Source: an uncultured Methanomicrobiaceae archaeon (GTDB taxonomy: Archaea > Halobacteriota > Methanomicrobia > Methanomicrobiales > Methanoculleaceae). Taken from it: DNA of 64,000 nt. A program made the position numbers and the translations under genes. Positions within the stretch are counted from its first letter, which is position 1. Each line of letters opens with the position of its first letter. The DNA lies in NCBI GenBank assembly GCA_963826525.1, contig CAWGXH010000004.1, positions 1,696,001 through 1,760,000 of the forward strand, written 5' to 3'. Positions 24,416 to 35,531 of this stretch are shown here, one piece after another. The notes below the pieces were generated by a model. The model was not told where the DNA came from, made no database searches, and saw nothing but the letters and a program-made list of their open reading frames with translations.

Positions 24416-25066
24416 CTATTTGATCTCGAGGCGCTCCCCGGTTATCATATAGTGGATCTTCTCCGCCATATCGCACCCGTGATCGCCGCACCGCTCCAGA
24501 TACCGCGCGATCATGACATAGTCGATACACCGCGTGATGTTCCGGGGGTCTTCCATCATATAGGTGACGCTCTCGCGGAAGATGGAGTAGCGCATGGAAT
24601 CGATGGTATCGTCACGGGCCGTGAAGTTCTTCAGCGGTGTGATATCCTCGTACCGGTAGGCCTTGAGGGCGTCGTCGACCATCGCGAAGACGAGTTCCGC
24701 CATATGGGGAAGGTTCATCATATTGGCGATGTGCGGTGCGTCGCCAAACCCTTCCACCATGTTGGCGATGTCTTTACCGTACCTGCCGATCCGGAAGAGC
24801 GAGTAGTTCATGCTGATTGCGCACGTAATTGCGCGGAGATCCTGCGCCATAGGCTGGTAGAGGGCAATGAGCCGGAGTGCCTGCTCCTCGATCTGGTGAT
24901 TCCTGTCTGAGAGTTCCGTCTTCTTTGCGTGCACCCGCTCCGCAAGATCGATATCCTGGGTCTTTAAGGCGAGCATGGAGTTGTGGAGCATATCGGTCGA
25001 GAAGGTCCCCATGTCCAGGACGGAGACCTTTAACCCTTTGAGTTCATCGCGAAATTTGCCGACCAT
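24416..25066 (-). CDS. phoU: phosphate signalling protein PhoU
   Basis: YQPMAQDLR, ARYLERCGDH. Confidence 0.92.
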   Translation of the reverse strand: MVGKFRDELKGLKVSVLDMGTFSTDMLHNSMLALKTQDIDLAERVHAKKTELSDRNHQIEEQALRLIALYQPMAQDLRAITCAISMNYSLFRIGRYGKDIANMVEGFGDAPHIANMMNLPHMAELVFAMVDDALKAYRYEDITPLKNFTARDDTIDSMRYSIFRESVTYMMEDPRNITRCIDYVMIARYLERCGDHGCDMAEKIHYMITGERLEIK

Positions 25067-25074
25067 TTTTTCAC

Positions 25075-25840
25075 CTATCCGAAGCGTCCCGTGATGTAAT
25101 TGTTTGTCAACTCTTCCTCAGGCGACTCGAAGATCTGCGTCGTCTCGTCAAACTCGATCAACTTTCCGAGGTACATAAAGCCGGTGTAATCGCTGACGCG
25201 GGCTGCCTGCTGCATGTTGTGCGTCACGATGATAACGGTGTAGTTCTGCTTCAGCTCGTTGATGAGATCTTCGATCTTTGCGGTCGCAATTGGGTCGAGT
25301 GCGGAGCAGGGTTCGTCCATGAGGATGATCTCCGGCTCGACGGCGAGCGTCCTTGCGATGCAGAGGCGCTGCTGCTGCCCGCCCGAGAGTCCCATGGCGG
25401 AGTTGTGGAGGCGGTCTTTCACCTCTTCCCAGAGTGCGGCTTTTCGCAGGCTCTTCTCCACGATCTCGTCGAGTTTTCTGCGATCTTTCGTCCCGTGTAT
25501 CCTCGGGCCGTAGGCGACATTATCATAGATCGAAGAAGGGAAATGGGTTTGGTTTCTGGAAGACCATGCCGACTTTCTTTCGTAGCTCGACGACATCGGT
25601 CTCCGGTCCGGTGATCGACGTTCCATCAAAGATGAGGTCCCCCTTGATCGTGACGATATCCACAAGGTCGTTCATCCGGTTGAAGCACCGCAGAAGCGTT
25701 GATTTGCCGCATCCGGAAGGTCCTATCAGGGCAGTGACCCGGTTCCTCGGGATGCTGATCGTAATATCGATGAGCGCGTGGCTCTCACCGTAGTAGAGGT
25801 TTAATCCGTTTGCTGTGAGGATGTTGCCGTTTTTCTGCAT
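25075..25840 (-). CDS. pstB: phosphate ABC transporter ATPase PstB (frameshift near 25540)
   Basis: [18 protein letters not shown] then [34 protein letters not shown]. Confidence 0.93.
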
Positions 25841-25844
25841 GGAT

Positions 25845-27883
25845 TCACCACTTGATGGTCTTCTGGTAGTGGTTTCGAAGGACTATCGCAACGAGGTAGA
25901 TGCTCATCACCAGTATCAGGAGTACAAGCGCCGTACCATACTGATTCCGGCCTGCCCCGGGGACGTTGGTTGCGAGGATAAATAGGTGGTAGGGGAGTGC
26001 CATCACCGGTTCGGAGAGGGAGGTCGGGAGGAAGCGCTTTGAGAAGACGACCGCTGTGAAGAGGATCGGCGCCGTCTCTCCCGCTGCCCGCCCTACACTG
26101 AGAATGGTCCCGGTCAGGATTCCCGGCACTGCCGGTGGAAGCACGACTCTCCAGATCGTCTGCCATTTGGTTGCTCCGAGGGCAAGACTGCCTTCGCGAA
26201 GGGAATCCGGGATGCTCTTGAGCGTCTCCTCCGTCGTCCGGATGATCGTCGGCAGGACCATCAGGCCGAGCGTGATCATACCGGCGAGAAGGGAGACGCC
26301 GAAGTTGAGGTAGAGTACCAGGAACGCAAATCCGAAGAGGCCGAAGACAATGGAAGGCGTACCGTTCAGAAGGTCGGCGCCGGAGCGGATGATCTCGGTC
26401 ATGCGCCCCTCCCTGGTATACTCATTAGGTAGATTGCGGCGCCGACGCCGATGGGGAGTGCGAACAGGATTGCTCCGGCGACGAGGTAGAGGGTGCCGAC
26501 GATGGCCGGGCCGATACCGCCCTCCCGTCCGAGGTTGCGGGGAGGTTCGGTCAGGAACTCCCAGCTCAGCGCCGGGAGGCCGTTGACGACGATATCGAAG
26601 AGAATGACGGCGAGGAAGACAAGAACCATGGCGATAGAGGTGTACACCAGTCCGAACGCCACTTTCTGCCCGACCTTTGGGGAGATTCTGTTCTTAATAA
26701 AGGCCAGAGCAAGCACGGTGGCGATGATGATGCCGGTGGTGACGGCGCCGACAGCAAGGAGCAGCAGGGCTGCGAGCACGATCCCGAGTCCCGCGAAGAA
26801 GTACGGCTTTACGGTCTCTGCAGTCTCGTGTGAGAGCCACTGCCGCCGCTTCCCGGTTGCTGTGTGTCGTTCCCTGACTTTCTTTAAGATGACTCGTGCG
26901 CCGAGGTTAACGATGAGTGCGATAGCGAGGAGCACGACGGCGACACCGAAGAGGGCGTGATAGTGCGTGCTCCCTATGGCGACCTCTCCCATCTCGATAC
27001 CCAGGGTTCCGGTGAGCGTCCTGACCGGCGAGAGAACATTCCAGACCGGATCGGGAATGATGGCAGCGTTTCCGGTCACCATGATGATCGCCATCGTCTC
27101 ACCGATCGCCCTGCCCACTCCGAGGATGATTGCGGCAGTAATTCCCGAGAGCGCTGCCGGGAGAACGACCCGCTGTATTGTCTGCCAGTGCGTTGCCCCC
27201 ATAGCAAGCGAGCCTTCTTTGAACCCGCGCGGGACGGCGGTGATGGCGTCTTCCGAGACGCTGACGATCGTGGGAAGAGCCATAATGCCGAGGAGAATGG
27301 AGCCTGCAAGCCAGCTCTCGCCGGAGGGAACGTCAAAAGAAAGCCGCAGCCAGTTGGTCAGGACGATCAGACCGAAGAAACCGTATACGACCGAGGGAAC
27401 CCCGGCGAGCAGTTCGACTGCGGGCTTGGCAACTGCTCTTATCCGGGGTGAGGCCAGTTCGGCGATGAAGATCGCGCTGCCGATCCCGAGTGGAATGGCG
27501 ATAGCCATGGCGCCGATCGTCACGAGCAGCGTCCCGACGATGAGCGGGTAGATCCCGTAGACGGGGAGAGCTCCGCTCGGGTTCCAGGTCTCCCCGGTAA
27601 GAAAGTCAACGACGCCAACCGTTTCGAAGATGGGGTAGGCATCGATGACGAGGAAGAAGAGTATGGTAAATATGGCAAGAACCGCAAATATTGCTGTAAT
27701 AAACCAGAACTTCCTGATGCCGTTTTCCCGATACCTCCGTAGGGTGTTGCCGGGAAAAAATATATCCGGCAGCGAGGATGCCTTCTCTGCTATCGATGGT
27801 GGTTCAGGGGGGTAGCCTCCGGTGCGTGCCTCTCCGCCCCCGCTCGGCGCTGCGGCCTGATCCTTCGGCAGGGGATCGATCAT
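25845..27883 (-). CDS. fused PstC-PstA phosphate ABC permease (frameshift near 26425 inside the PstA half)
   Basis: PstC motifs ([20 protein letters not shown]) continue in frame into the PstA N-terminus ([10 protein letters not shown]...AAIYL); PstA remainder ([16 protein letters not shown]) in next frame. Confidence 0.88.
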
Positions 27884-28024
27884 CGTCTCTCCGGTGCTTG
27901 CTCACGGCACGCGTCTTCCCTGATCCGGAATCCGGCCGTTCGGGTGGACGACAAGGGTCTTCTGAATCGGTCGCGGATCAGTTCTGCGGCAGAGTGCATG
28001 GAAGGTTTTTCACCTCTCAATGCT

Positions 28025-28140
28025 AGGATAAGGCCGGGTAAATTAATTCCCGAAAGGAAATATATGCGTATATGTAAGTCCCATATCCGCTATTGCCATA
28101 TATATCTATACGGAATGTATATATTCTCCTACTCCTCACG
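28025..28140. promoter_or_regulatory. AT-rich divergent promoter region between pstCA and the AbrB-PhoU regulator
   Basis: Clustered TATATG/CATATA/TATATA elements in a GC-rich background. Confidence 0.55.
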
Positions 28141-28151
28141 GTACTGTGCCC

Positions 28152-29207
28152 ATGGAGATCAGGAAAGTGCAGATAACCGGAGGGTCGTCGTACATCGTCT
28201 CTCTGCCGAAAGAGTGGATAAAAGCTACAAAAATTCAGAAGAACGATCCCGTTGGTCTGATCGTCCAGCCTGACGGCTCTCTGCTTGTCACCCCCAAGAT
28301 CAGCGGTGAAGCGGTGCAGCGCGTGAAAGAGTTTGAGGTGAGCGGGAGCACCGACAGGACGTACCTGCTCCGCTATCTCGTCGGGGCCTATATCGCCGGG
28401 TATACAACGATCAAGATCAGATCGAAAGGGCGTCTTCCATCGTTCGTCCGGAAGCTCGTCCGGGACTTTACGCAGATGGCGGTCGGCCAGGAGGTGGTCA
28501 ATGAGACCGACGATTCGATAACGCTCAAAGATCTCCTCAACCCCGTGGAGATGCCGTTCAGCAACACCCTCCGGCGGATGTCGGTCATCGTAAAGGCCAT
28601 GCAGGAAGACGCGATCACGGCACTCACAACCCGGGATGCGGCTCTGGCAGAGGACGTGGTTGCCCGAGATACCGAGGTCGACAGGCTGCACTGGCTGATA
28701 GCGCGCCAGAACCATCTCATCCTCCTCGATATGACACTGTCGCGGAAGATGAACGTCCCTATCGGCACGGCGATGTATTACTTCCTGATCAGCAGGATCA
28801 TCGAACGGATGGGAGATCATGCGACCCGGGTTGCCAGGAATGCCCTCGTCCTGAAAGATCGGGAGATTGACGGCGAAACCCTCTCCCTGATCGGGGCTGC
28901 AAGCGCACTTGCGCTCGAGATCTTCCAGAAGAGCATGGAGGCATTCTACTGCAGCGACATCGTCAAAGCAAACGAGATCCTGAAGATGGTTCCCGATCTC
29001 GAGGAGCAGACCCGGCAGATCAGCGGACGGTCGCTCCAGTACGACGCGGCCATGGCGATTCCGCTCGGTTCGGTCTCGGATAGTGTTAGAAGGATCGGAG
29101 AATACTCCGGCGATATCTGTGAAAATATCATCAATCACCTGATCGGAAACGGAACTCTGATCTTCCGCATCGTCCCTCTCTCTTTTTACTCCGCCAGATC
29201 AACTTGA
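28152..29207 (+). CDS. phosphate uptake regulator (AbrB-like N-terminus + PhoU domains)
   Basis: RKVQITGGSSYIVSLPKEW, IERMGDHA, RRIGEYSGDICE; true stop may be near 29160. Confidence 0.9.
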   Translation: MEIRKVQITGGSSYIVSLPKEWIKATKIQKNDPVGLIVQPDGSLLVTPKISGEAVQRVKEFEVSGSTDRTYLLRYLVGAYIAGYTTIKIRSKGRLPSFVRKLVRDFTQMAVGQEVVNETDDSITLKDLLNPVEMPFSNTLRRMSVIVKAMQEDAITALTTRDAALAEDVVARDTEVDRLHWLIARQNHLILLDMTLSRKMNVPIGTAMYYFLISRIIERMGDHATRVARNALVLKDREIDGETLSLIGAASALALEIFQKSMEAFYCSDIVKANEILKMVPDLEEQTRQISGRSLQYDAAMAIPLGSVSDSVRRIGEYSGDICENIINHLIGNGTLIFRIVPLSFYSARST

Positions 29208-29256
29208 TATCGGATATTTGCGGCATCCGTTTCTCCGGCTGCCGGTGATGCAGCGC

Positions 29257-30509
29257 ATGGGCTCACTCGTCCCTCTCGTTATCCTCTCTGGTGTATTCCT
29301 CCTGATCGCCGTCCGGAAGGTGGGCGGCATTCACATCCGGATCTGGCAGATTATGGTCGGTGGAGCTCTTGCTGTACTCATCTCCGGTCAGATCTCCCCG
29401 GGGGATGCGCTGGCTGCGATCAACATCGACATCATGCTCTTTCTCTTCGGCATGTTCGTCATCGGGGAAGCACTCTCGCGGAGTGGTTACCTCTTCCACC
29501 TCGCTCACAGCATCTTCCGGCGGGCACGAGACCCCCCGGCGCCTTGTATTCCTGGTGATCGTTGCTTCGGGTATCTCTCTCCGCGCTGCTGATGAACGAC
29601 ACCCTGGCGATCATTGCAACGCCGCTCATGCTCTACTACAGCGCCCGGTTCGGCATCTCCGAAAAGGTACTGCTGCTTGCACTGGCGTTCGGGATCACGA
29701 CGGGGAGCGTTGCAAGTCCGATCGGGAACCCGCAGAATCTCCTGATTGCGCTTGGCGGCGGAGTTGCAAACCCGTTCGTCACCTTCTTCGTCTTCCTTGC
29801 TGTCCCGACCGCGCTCTGCCTGCTGCTGGCATATCTTCTTCTCATCATCCGCTTCAGGGGCGAGATTCGGGATATGCCGCTCGTCTTCGTTCGTGAAGAG
29901 ATCTCGGATGCGCGTCTTGCCTTAATCTCGCGTATCTCGCTCATCCTGCTTGGTGTAATGATCGGCGTCAAGATAATCACCGTGCTGCTCGGCATCGGGC
30001 CTAACCTTCCGCTGACATACATCGCGCTCATAGCTGCGCTTCCCGTGCTCGTCGGGAGCGAGAAAAGGGCCGAGGTGGTGAAGTCGATCGACTGGGCAAC
30101 GCTGGTATTCTTCGCCGCCCTCTTCATCCTGATGGGGAGTGTCTGGCAGTCGGGAATCTTTGAGCCCCTTATCACGGAGACCGCGGCCGATATCACCGCT
30201 GTTCCGATTATCCTTGCAACCGGCGTGCTCGTCTCCCAGCTCGTCTCGAACGTTCCGTTTGTCGCTCTCTACCTCCCCATTCTCGTCCAATCCGGTTCTT
30301 CCGCCACGCAGATGATGGCGCTTGCAGCCGGGAGCACGATTGCGGGCAACATGCTGATCCTGGGAGCGGCAAGCAACGTTATCATCATTCAGAACGCGGA
30401 AAAACAAGGTGCAACGTTGACATTCCGGGAGTTCGCGGAAGTCGGTCTGCCGCTGACGGTGTTGCAGGCGGCGGTATACTGGGTCTTCCTCGCGGCTATT
30501 CCCTGGTAG
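29257..30509 (+). CDS. ArsB/NhaD/SLC13-type anion permease (two frameshifts near 29530-29580)
   Basis: SALLMNDT, SPIGNPQN, LVSNVP, GNMLILGAASN. Confidence 0.85.
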
Positions 30510-31416
30510 CGGGGAATGGCGAATGGGATTCCATTCCGCCTGTGGCCGCCCCGGGGTCGAGGAATATCGAACCGAACCGGATAGACACTGCCCTGGTCAG
30601 ATCGGCGGCAGGAGAGACGAAACGCACTCTCCTCCTCCCCGTATCGATGGTTTTCAGGATGCCCAGGGTGAGAACGAAGTTCTCTGCATCGCATACTGCG
30701 ATCAGGCGGTGGCGCACCTGGCGTGCATCGGAGAGGTCGGGGATCCTTCCCTGCAGACCGAGTCCGGCATACGCAATCTCGCGCGGCTCTGATCGCCAGA
30801 AATACTCTTTGAACTTCTGTTCGCGGAATTTCCGCCGTTCCGTAGCCGACCGCCTCACGACGGCAGGTGAGATCGCGAGGCGATGGATTGTCATCCCCGG
30901 ATGATGGCTGAAGGTTGCGAGGAGCCGGTCGAGCTCCCACCCGTTTCCGAGGGCGACAATGCCGGACGGCTGCAGAAGGTCGATTATCTGGAACTGGAAC
31001 TCAAACGCCGCATCACCGTGGATATATCCCGGTGAGTCGATGATGACGGTGGATGCATCCGCAGCAATCGCCGCCTCGAGCAGGCGTTTCGATCCGGTCA
31101 GTGTCTGCAGCAGGTGACCGCGCGGCGACGTGGAACCGACGAAGCGAAGCCTGGTGACGTCCTGCTCCTCGCTACGGGGATCGTGAATCCGGAGTCCGAC
31201 GGTCGTCGGAGGCCCTATTACCGACTGCCCCGTATCGCAGTCGAGATATCCGGTGATACGGTCTGCCTTCGCCTCGTCGACGAGGTGGCGGCAGAGCGTG
31301 CTCTTTCCGCTATCGGTTCCCCCCATGACGTAGACCGACTTCGGCTCTCTCCCCGCTTTGAGCGTACGGGCGATTGTATCCCAGGTCTCCTCTCGCCGAA
31401 TCTGACATTCGTTCAT
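30496..31416 (-). CDS. Clp1/Grc3-like polynucleotide 5'-hydroxyl kinase
   Basis: GGTDSGKST, DCDTGQSVIGPPTTVG, FVGSTSPRG, IIDSPG, RRSATERRKFRE. Confidence 0.88.
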   Translation of the reverse strand: MNECQIRREETWDTIARTLKAGREPKSVYVMGGTDSGKSTLCRHLVDEAKADRITGYLDCDTGQSVIGPPTTVGLRIHDPRSEEQDVTRLRFVGSTSPRGHLLQTLTGSKRLLEAAIAADASTVIIDSPGYIHGDAAFEFQFQIIDLLQPSGIVALGNGWELDRLLATFSHHPGMTIHRLAISPAVVRRSATERRKFREQKFKEYFWRSEPREIAYAGLGLQGRIPDLSDARQVRHRLIAVCDAENFVLTLGILKTIDTGRRRVRFVSPAADLTRAVSIRFGSIFLDPGAATGGMESHSPFPATRE

Positions 31417-31628
31417 CTGTTCTTCCCATTCCCCTCCGGTGCGTGGTGCTCCGGCAGACTCCTTCCCCGGAAGCTCCGAGATGCCTGAAAGATACCTCTT
31501 GTGGAACAGTATTAATATCTGCTCTTCCCGAACCCGCCTCTCCGTATTCGTCCTCCTGCATCCGCGGCATACCCGATCCGATCCCGGGGCAGAGACTTTA
31601 TAGGATGGCCGTTCCACTGCACGGGCAT

Positions 31629-32145
31629 ATGTCTATACAATCCGGCACTACCGAACCGATCTTCGCGGTTGAAGGACGGCAGTTCCCGCCGCTGACGGCA
31701 ACGACACTTGATGGAAAGACTGTGTCGTTTCCGGACGACCTTCGGGGGAACCTCTCGCTCATCGTCATTGCCTTTCCCCGGTGGGTGCAGCCGGTGCAGG
31801 AGACCTGGACCGGGCCGTTTGAGCATGCTTTCTCCGGAAATCCGCGTGTGAAGACCTATCTGATCACGGTTGTCGCCGGGAGGCTGGGAGAACCGCTCGT
31901 CTCACGGGTCGATGAGGCTCTGCGGGGTGCCCTGCCCCCGGAAAAGCACGATCGAGTCCTCACCTACGCCGGGAACCTTGACGAATATTCCCGGGAGCTC
32001 AGCCTAGGCGACATCTCGCTTGTCTACCTCTACCTCGTGGACGGGGAGGGCACCATCAGGTGGGCCGAGAAGGGGACGACAGACTCCTGAAGGCGTTGAT
32101 TCTCTCCTGAATGCCGCAAGAACGATGCTCGAGGAGTTTCGGTAG
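31629..32145 (+). CDS. ATP10-like thioredoxin-fold protein lacking CxxC (frameshift near 32082)
   Basis: FPPLTATTLDGKTVSFP, YLYLVDGEGTIRWAEKG; C-terminal helix continues in shifted frame to TAG 32145. Confidence 0.62.
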
Positions 32146-32155
32146 ATTGAGGTGA

Positions 32156-33146
32156 TCAGGGCTTCCCGTCCCCGGGCAGCACTGCGGAGAGGATGGCGAG
32201 TGCCGGTCCTGCGATCACGCCTGCCCAGGTGAAAAGCCCGACGATGCCCAGCACTACCATGGCGGCACGATCGGCGATGCCGCTTCTCCGCCGGAGCCCG
32301 ACCACCAGCATGACGGTGCCGAGCACGATCGGGATGAGGGCGACGATCAGCGTCACCAGTATCGCAGCCGTCAGGGGAAGGCCCATGAGGGCGACGATCA
32401 GCTGAACGATCGTCATGGCACCGCTGCCGATATAGAGCAGGCCGGCGAGCACTGCTGCCCATCCGAATGCGGATAGGGTTTTTCTCTGCCGCCGCGCCGA
32501 TCAGAACAAGCCCGGCGGCGACCACACCGATCAGCGGTGCCAGGATAACGGCGAGCGACTGCCCTTCCCAGAGATGGATGCCGATGACGTCTACGGGTAT
32601 CGTCAGCCACTCGGTGAGCGTGTAGCTCTCCCGGGTGCCGACGGCGAGGGCATACGGTCCTGCGCCCTCATCGGCATAGACCGCAACGTAATAGTCACCC
32701 GTCTCCGGCGCCGGGATGGTGATCTCGGCAGTTTCGTAGGCTTTTGAGGGGGTGAACGGCTCGAAGAACGGTCGCTCCGGTCTTGCTCCGGGAATGACCG
32801 CTGCACCGTCGGTATCGGGTATGTGAATGAACGGCGACGGGGTTCCGGTGGATCCGATCCCCGGCCCCATCACGACCATCCCGGGTGCAAACGCTCCTGT
32901 CTCAGGTGTCTGGACGGATAGCCGGATCTGCTCTCCCGCCTCCATCCGGAACCGGTAGTAATCGACGGTATCGTTTCCGGATAGTTCTGCATAGATCACC
33001 CAAGACCGGGTCGGATCATCGATGACGACTGCGGTAGCAGGCCGGTCATGCTCGCCTTCAACCATGACGGGGACATGTGCGGAGGCGACGGAGAGCAGGA
33101 TACAACAAAAGACGACTATATACAGGGAAGTGCTCCGTGCCGACAT
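32156..33146 (-). CDS. exported PPC-like domain plus multi-TM membrane protein (frameshift near 32480)
   Basis: Signal peptide, DYYRFRMEAGEQI, GDYYVAVY, then several hydrophobic helices continuing in ORF 32156..32452. Confidence 0.72.
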
Positions 33147-33228
33147 AGCAGAACCACGCCGGTAGGATACTATATAGGCATATCGGTGAAGGTTGCGTGT
33201 GCCCGATCCGTATCGCAAAAAGAAGGTA

Positions 33229-33705
33229 TTACAGGTTTTTCAGGGCGACGATATCCGTGACGCCCGTCAGCTTCCATATGTTCGAACGCTCTTCGGATGC
33301 GATCGACTCGATCGGCTCCTCCGGTTTGTGACCGAGTGCTGCGAGGATATTCTGGGAGAGATTCTTCTCCTTGATCATCTCGATGAACTTTTGCCTGATG
33401 ATCTTCTTCTCGATAGCATCTTCCAGCTGGACAAGGTATCCCTGCATGGTCACGAAGGTATATGAGGAGAGGTCTTTGGTGTAGCGCTCGACTTCCACCG
33501 AGACGTAGGGGTGCTGCCGGAAGAGATCGTTCTTTCTTCCATATTTGGTTGCCAGGAAGTAGAGGAATTTCCCGTCGAAGACATAGAGAAACGGAGCGAT
33601 ATAGGGATACTTGTTCCCCTGAAAGGCGATCCTGGAGACATAGCCCTCTTCGATGAGGTTGTCGTATTCTGCTTTATCCATTCGTGGAATTTTCACGATT
33701 TCCAT
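33229..33705 (-). CDS. pyridoxamine 5'-phosphate oxidase-like FMN-binding protein
   Basis: SRIAF...YPYIAPFLY, GRKNDLFRQHPYVSVEVE. Confidence 0.85.
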   Translation of the reverse strand: MEIVKIPRMDKAEYDNLIEEGYVSRIAFQGNKYPYIAPFLYVFDGKFLYFLATKYGRKNDLFRQHPYVSVEVERYTKDLSSYTFVTMQGYLVQLEDAIEKKIIRQKFIEMIKEKNLSQNILAALGHKPEEPIESIASEERSNIWKLTGVTDIVALKNL

Positions 33706-34141
33706 TCACATTCCTCACACTGTCGATTATCCAAAACCGTATTTAAAGGTTTCTTTATTGCGTATTATTCCCGTTTTTCGGGCTTTTCTTCCCCTCATAT
33801 GCCCCGGAACCACCTGGAAAGCGAAACCCCCTTAGTTCTTTCGTGCGACACTGCCGGGTGGCATCGGGAATCATCTCCGGGCGGAAAGCCACGCCATGGG
33901 AGTGCGCTGCCCTGTCTCCGGCAGGCACCAGCGAGAGAGTCCCGATAGCGGATACCAGTGCGGATTACGTGCCCCGCGGGCATATGTGTCCGCCTTCACC
34001 GTCCCTCTCGCTATCCGGAATTTTTAACCGGCCGGTTTCCGGAATAAATGCTCATTATTTTCTGATTTGCCTTTATACTAAATGTATTTCATCCGATTAT
34101 ATTGTATTACTTTTATATATTTACGCATAAAATAATCTGGT

Positions 34142-35431
34142 ATGCGCGTTCGTCTTTCATCGGCGCTGTTTGTCATTGGAATCGTCGGACTTTTGGGGTT
34201 CCTGTTTCCTGTATCGGCTCTGGACATACCCCTCGATGCAACCACCGTCCCGACCGGACAGACGGGGCCGTTCGATTTTGCCATGCTTCAGGGTCAGGGT
34301 TCGTTCCCTGCCGCCGGTGCGCTGTCGTCGTACCTGACCCCGAACCATACGGCGGCAACCTCTGTCGAGGCCGGGACAGACGGCAGTGCGCTGGAGAATA
34401 TCTCCGCACAGGTCACCTCTGCTCCGGCTGAGGATGCTGCCACTTTCGATGATGGCGTGCCCGCAATCAACCGGGATCTTGATGCCGTCGATGCACCGTC
34501 CGGGGGGGAGATCTCGTATAAGGATGAATACGCCGATGAGATGCTGCTCGGCCTCATTGCCGAGTCCGGAGTGCCCCTGATGGTCTCTGCTGTGCAGTGC
34601 ATGTACGCGGAGCACGGCAATGATACTGCTTCTATGCAGAATGGTGCTGCTACGATGTACAACCTCGGTATCGATGCTCGTGATAAAGCGGCATCGCTCA
34701 CCGTATCCGCTGAGTTAGAACCTGTGCATGCAGATTTCATGCATGCACTGGAGAACTTTATCAGTGCAGGCTCTGTCCTGAAGGAGGCCGGTACTCAGAA
34801 TGCCTCTGCAACCGATGCGGCATTCGTGCAGATCACGGAAGGATGCAGTTATCTTCAGACGGCACTGCAGGGACCCGGACAGGGAGCGATGGTTGCGGCG
34901 GCAGCCTTCGGCTCGCATCTGCAGGCCGCCGGCATGCCGTCTCCGGAAGATCAGATCGCGTCCCGGGACGACCTCGCTCTCCTCGAGCGGTTCTGCTACG
35001 ATGATCCTGAGGGCGAGAACACGCTCTCGTTCGTGGTCGAATCCACCGGGAGAGTTCACTCGTATACCTACACCCGCGATGAGCAGAAAGTGACCGTCCC
35101 GGCAGAGTTTGGGCGCCAGTTCCTCCTCGTTGTTGTGAAAGCGACCAACGTCGGGCATAAGGGAGACGGAGACCTGTACGAAGCGGATACCCCGGATCTT
35201 GCAGCCGTAACGCTTCACCACCGCGCCGATGTATACTCCCCGGCCGCTCTGCCGCCTGCGACCTCTCTCGGTGAGTCGTATGCCGGTGCTCGCCTGGAGC
35301 GATACGAATCGAAGAAGAGCTTCCTTCTCTTCGATGTGCCTGCCACCCTGAATGTCTCCGAGGCGCGCCTGCAGGTAGACTTCGGATCACCCGGAGTCAC
35401 TGGTTGGAGCCTCAGAGAAGTTCAGCCCTGA
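34142..35431 (+). CDS. exported protein, helical bundle + DUF4352-like Ig-fold domain (paralog 1)
   Basis: N-terminal hydrophobic segment; PAEFGRQFLLVVVKATNVG, LERYESKKSFLLFDVP. Confidence 0.78.
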   Translation: MRVRLSSALFVIGIVGLLGFLFPVSALDIPLDATTVPTGQTGPFDFAMLQGQGSFPAAGALSSYLTPNHTAATSVEAGTDGSALENISAQVTSAPAEDAATFDDGVPAINRDLDAVDAPSGGEISYKDEYADEMLLGLIAESGVPLMVSAVQCMYAEHGNDTASMQNGAATMYNLGIDARDKAASLTVSAELEPVHADFMHALENFISAGSVLKEAGTQNASATDAAFVQITEGCSYLQTALQGPGQGAMVAAAAFGSHLQAAGMPSPEDQIASRDDLALLERFCYDDPEGENTLSFVVESTGRVHSYTYTRDEQKVTVPAEFGRQFLLVVVKATNVGHKGDGDLYEADTPDLAAVTLHHRADVYSPAALPPATSLGESYAGARLERYESKKSFLLFDVPATLNVSEARLQVDFGSPGVTGWSLREVQP

Positions 35432-35531
35432 ACCTCTTTTTCAGGTCTCCTCTTTTTCTGGTTACCGGTGTGAGGCCGATAACCCTGATCTGCAAGGCTT
35501 TATGTAACAGAACGAAACACTATACCCATTC

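Noticed and set aside
33930-34016. Alternative hairpins suggesting a riboswitch
   Set aside because: Lies outside both predicted TATA boxes, so probably not in either leader; short GC-rich stems are common here
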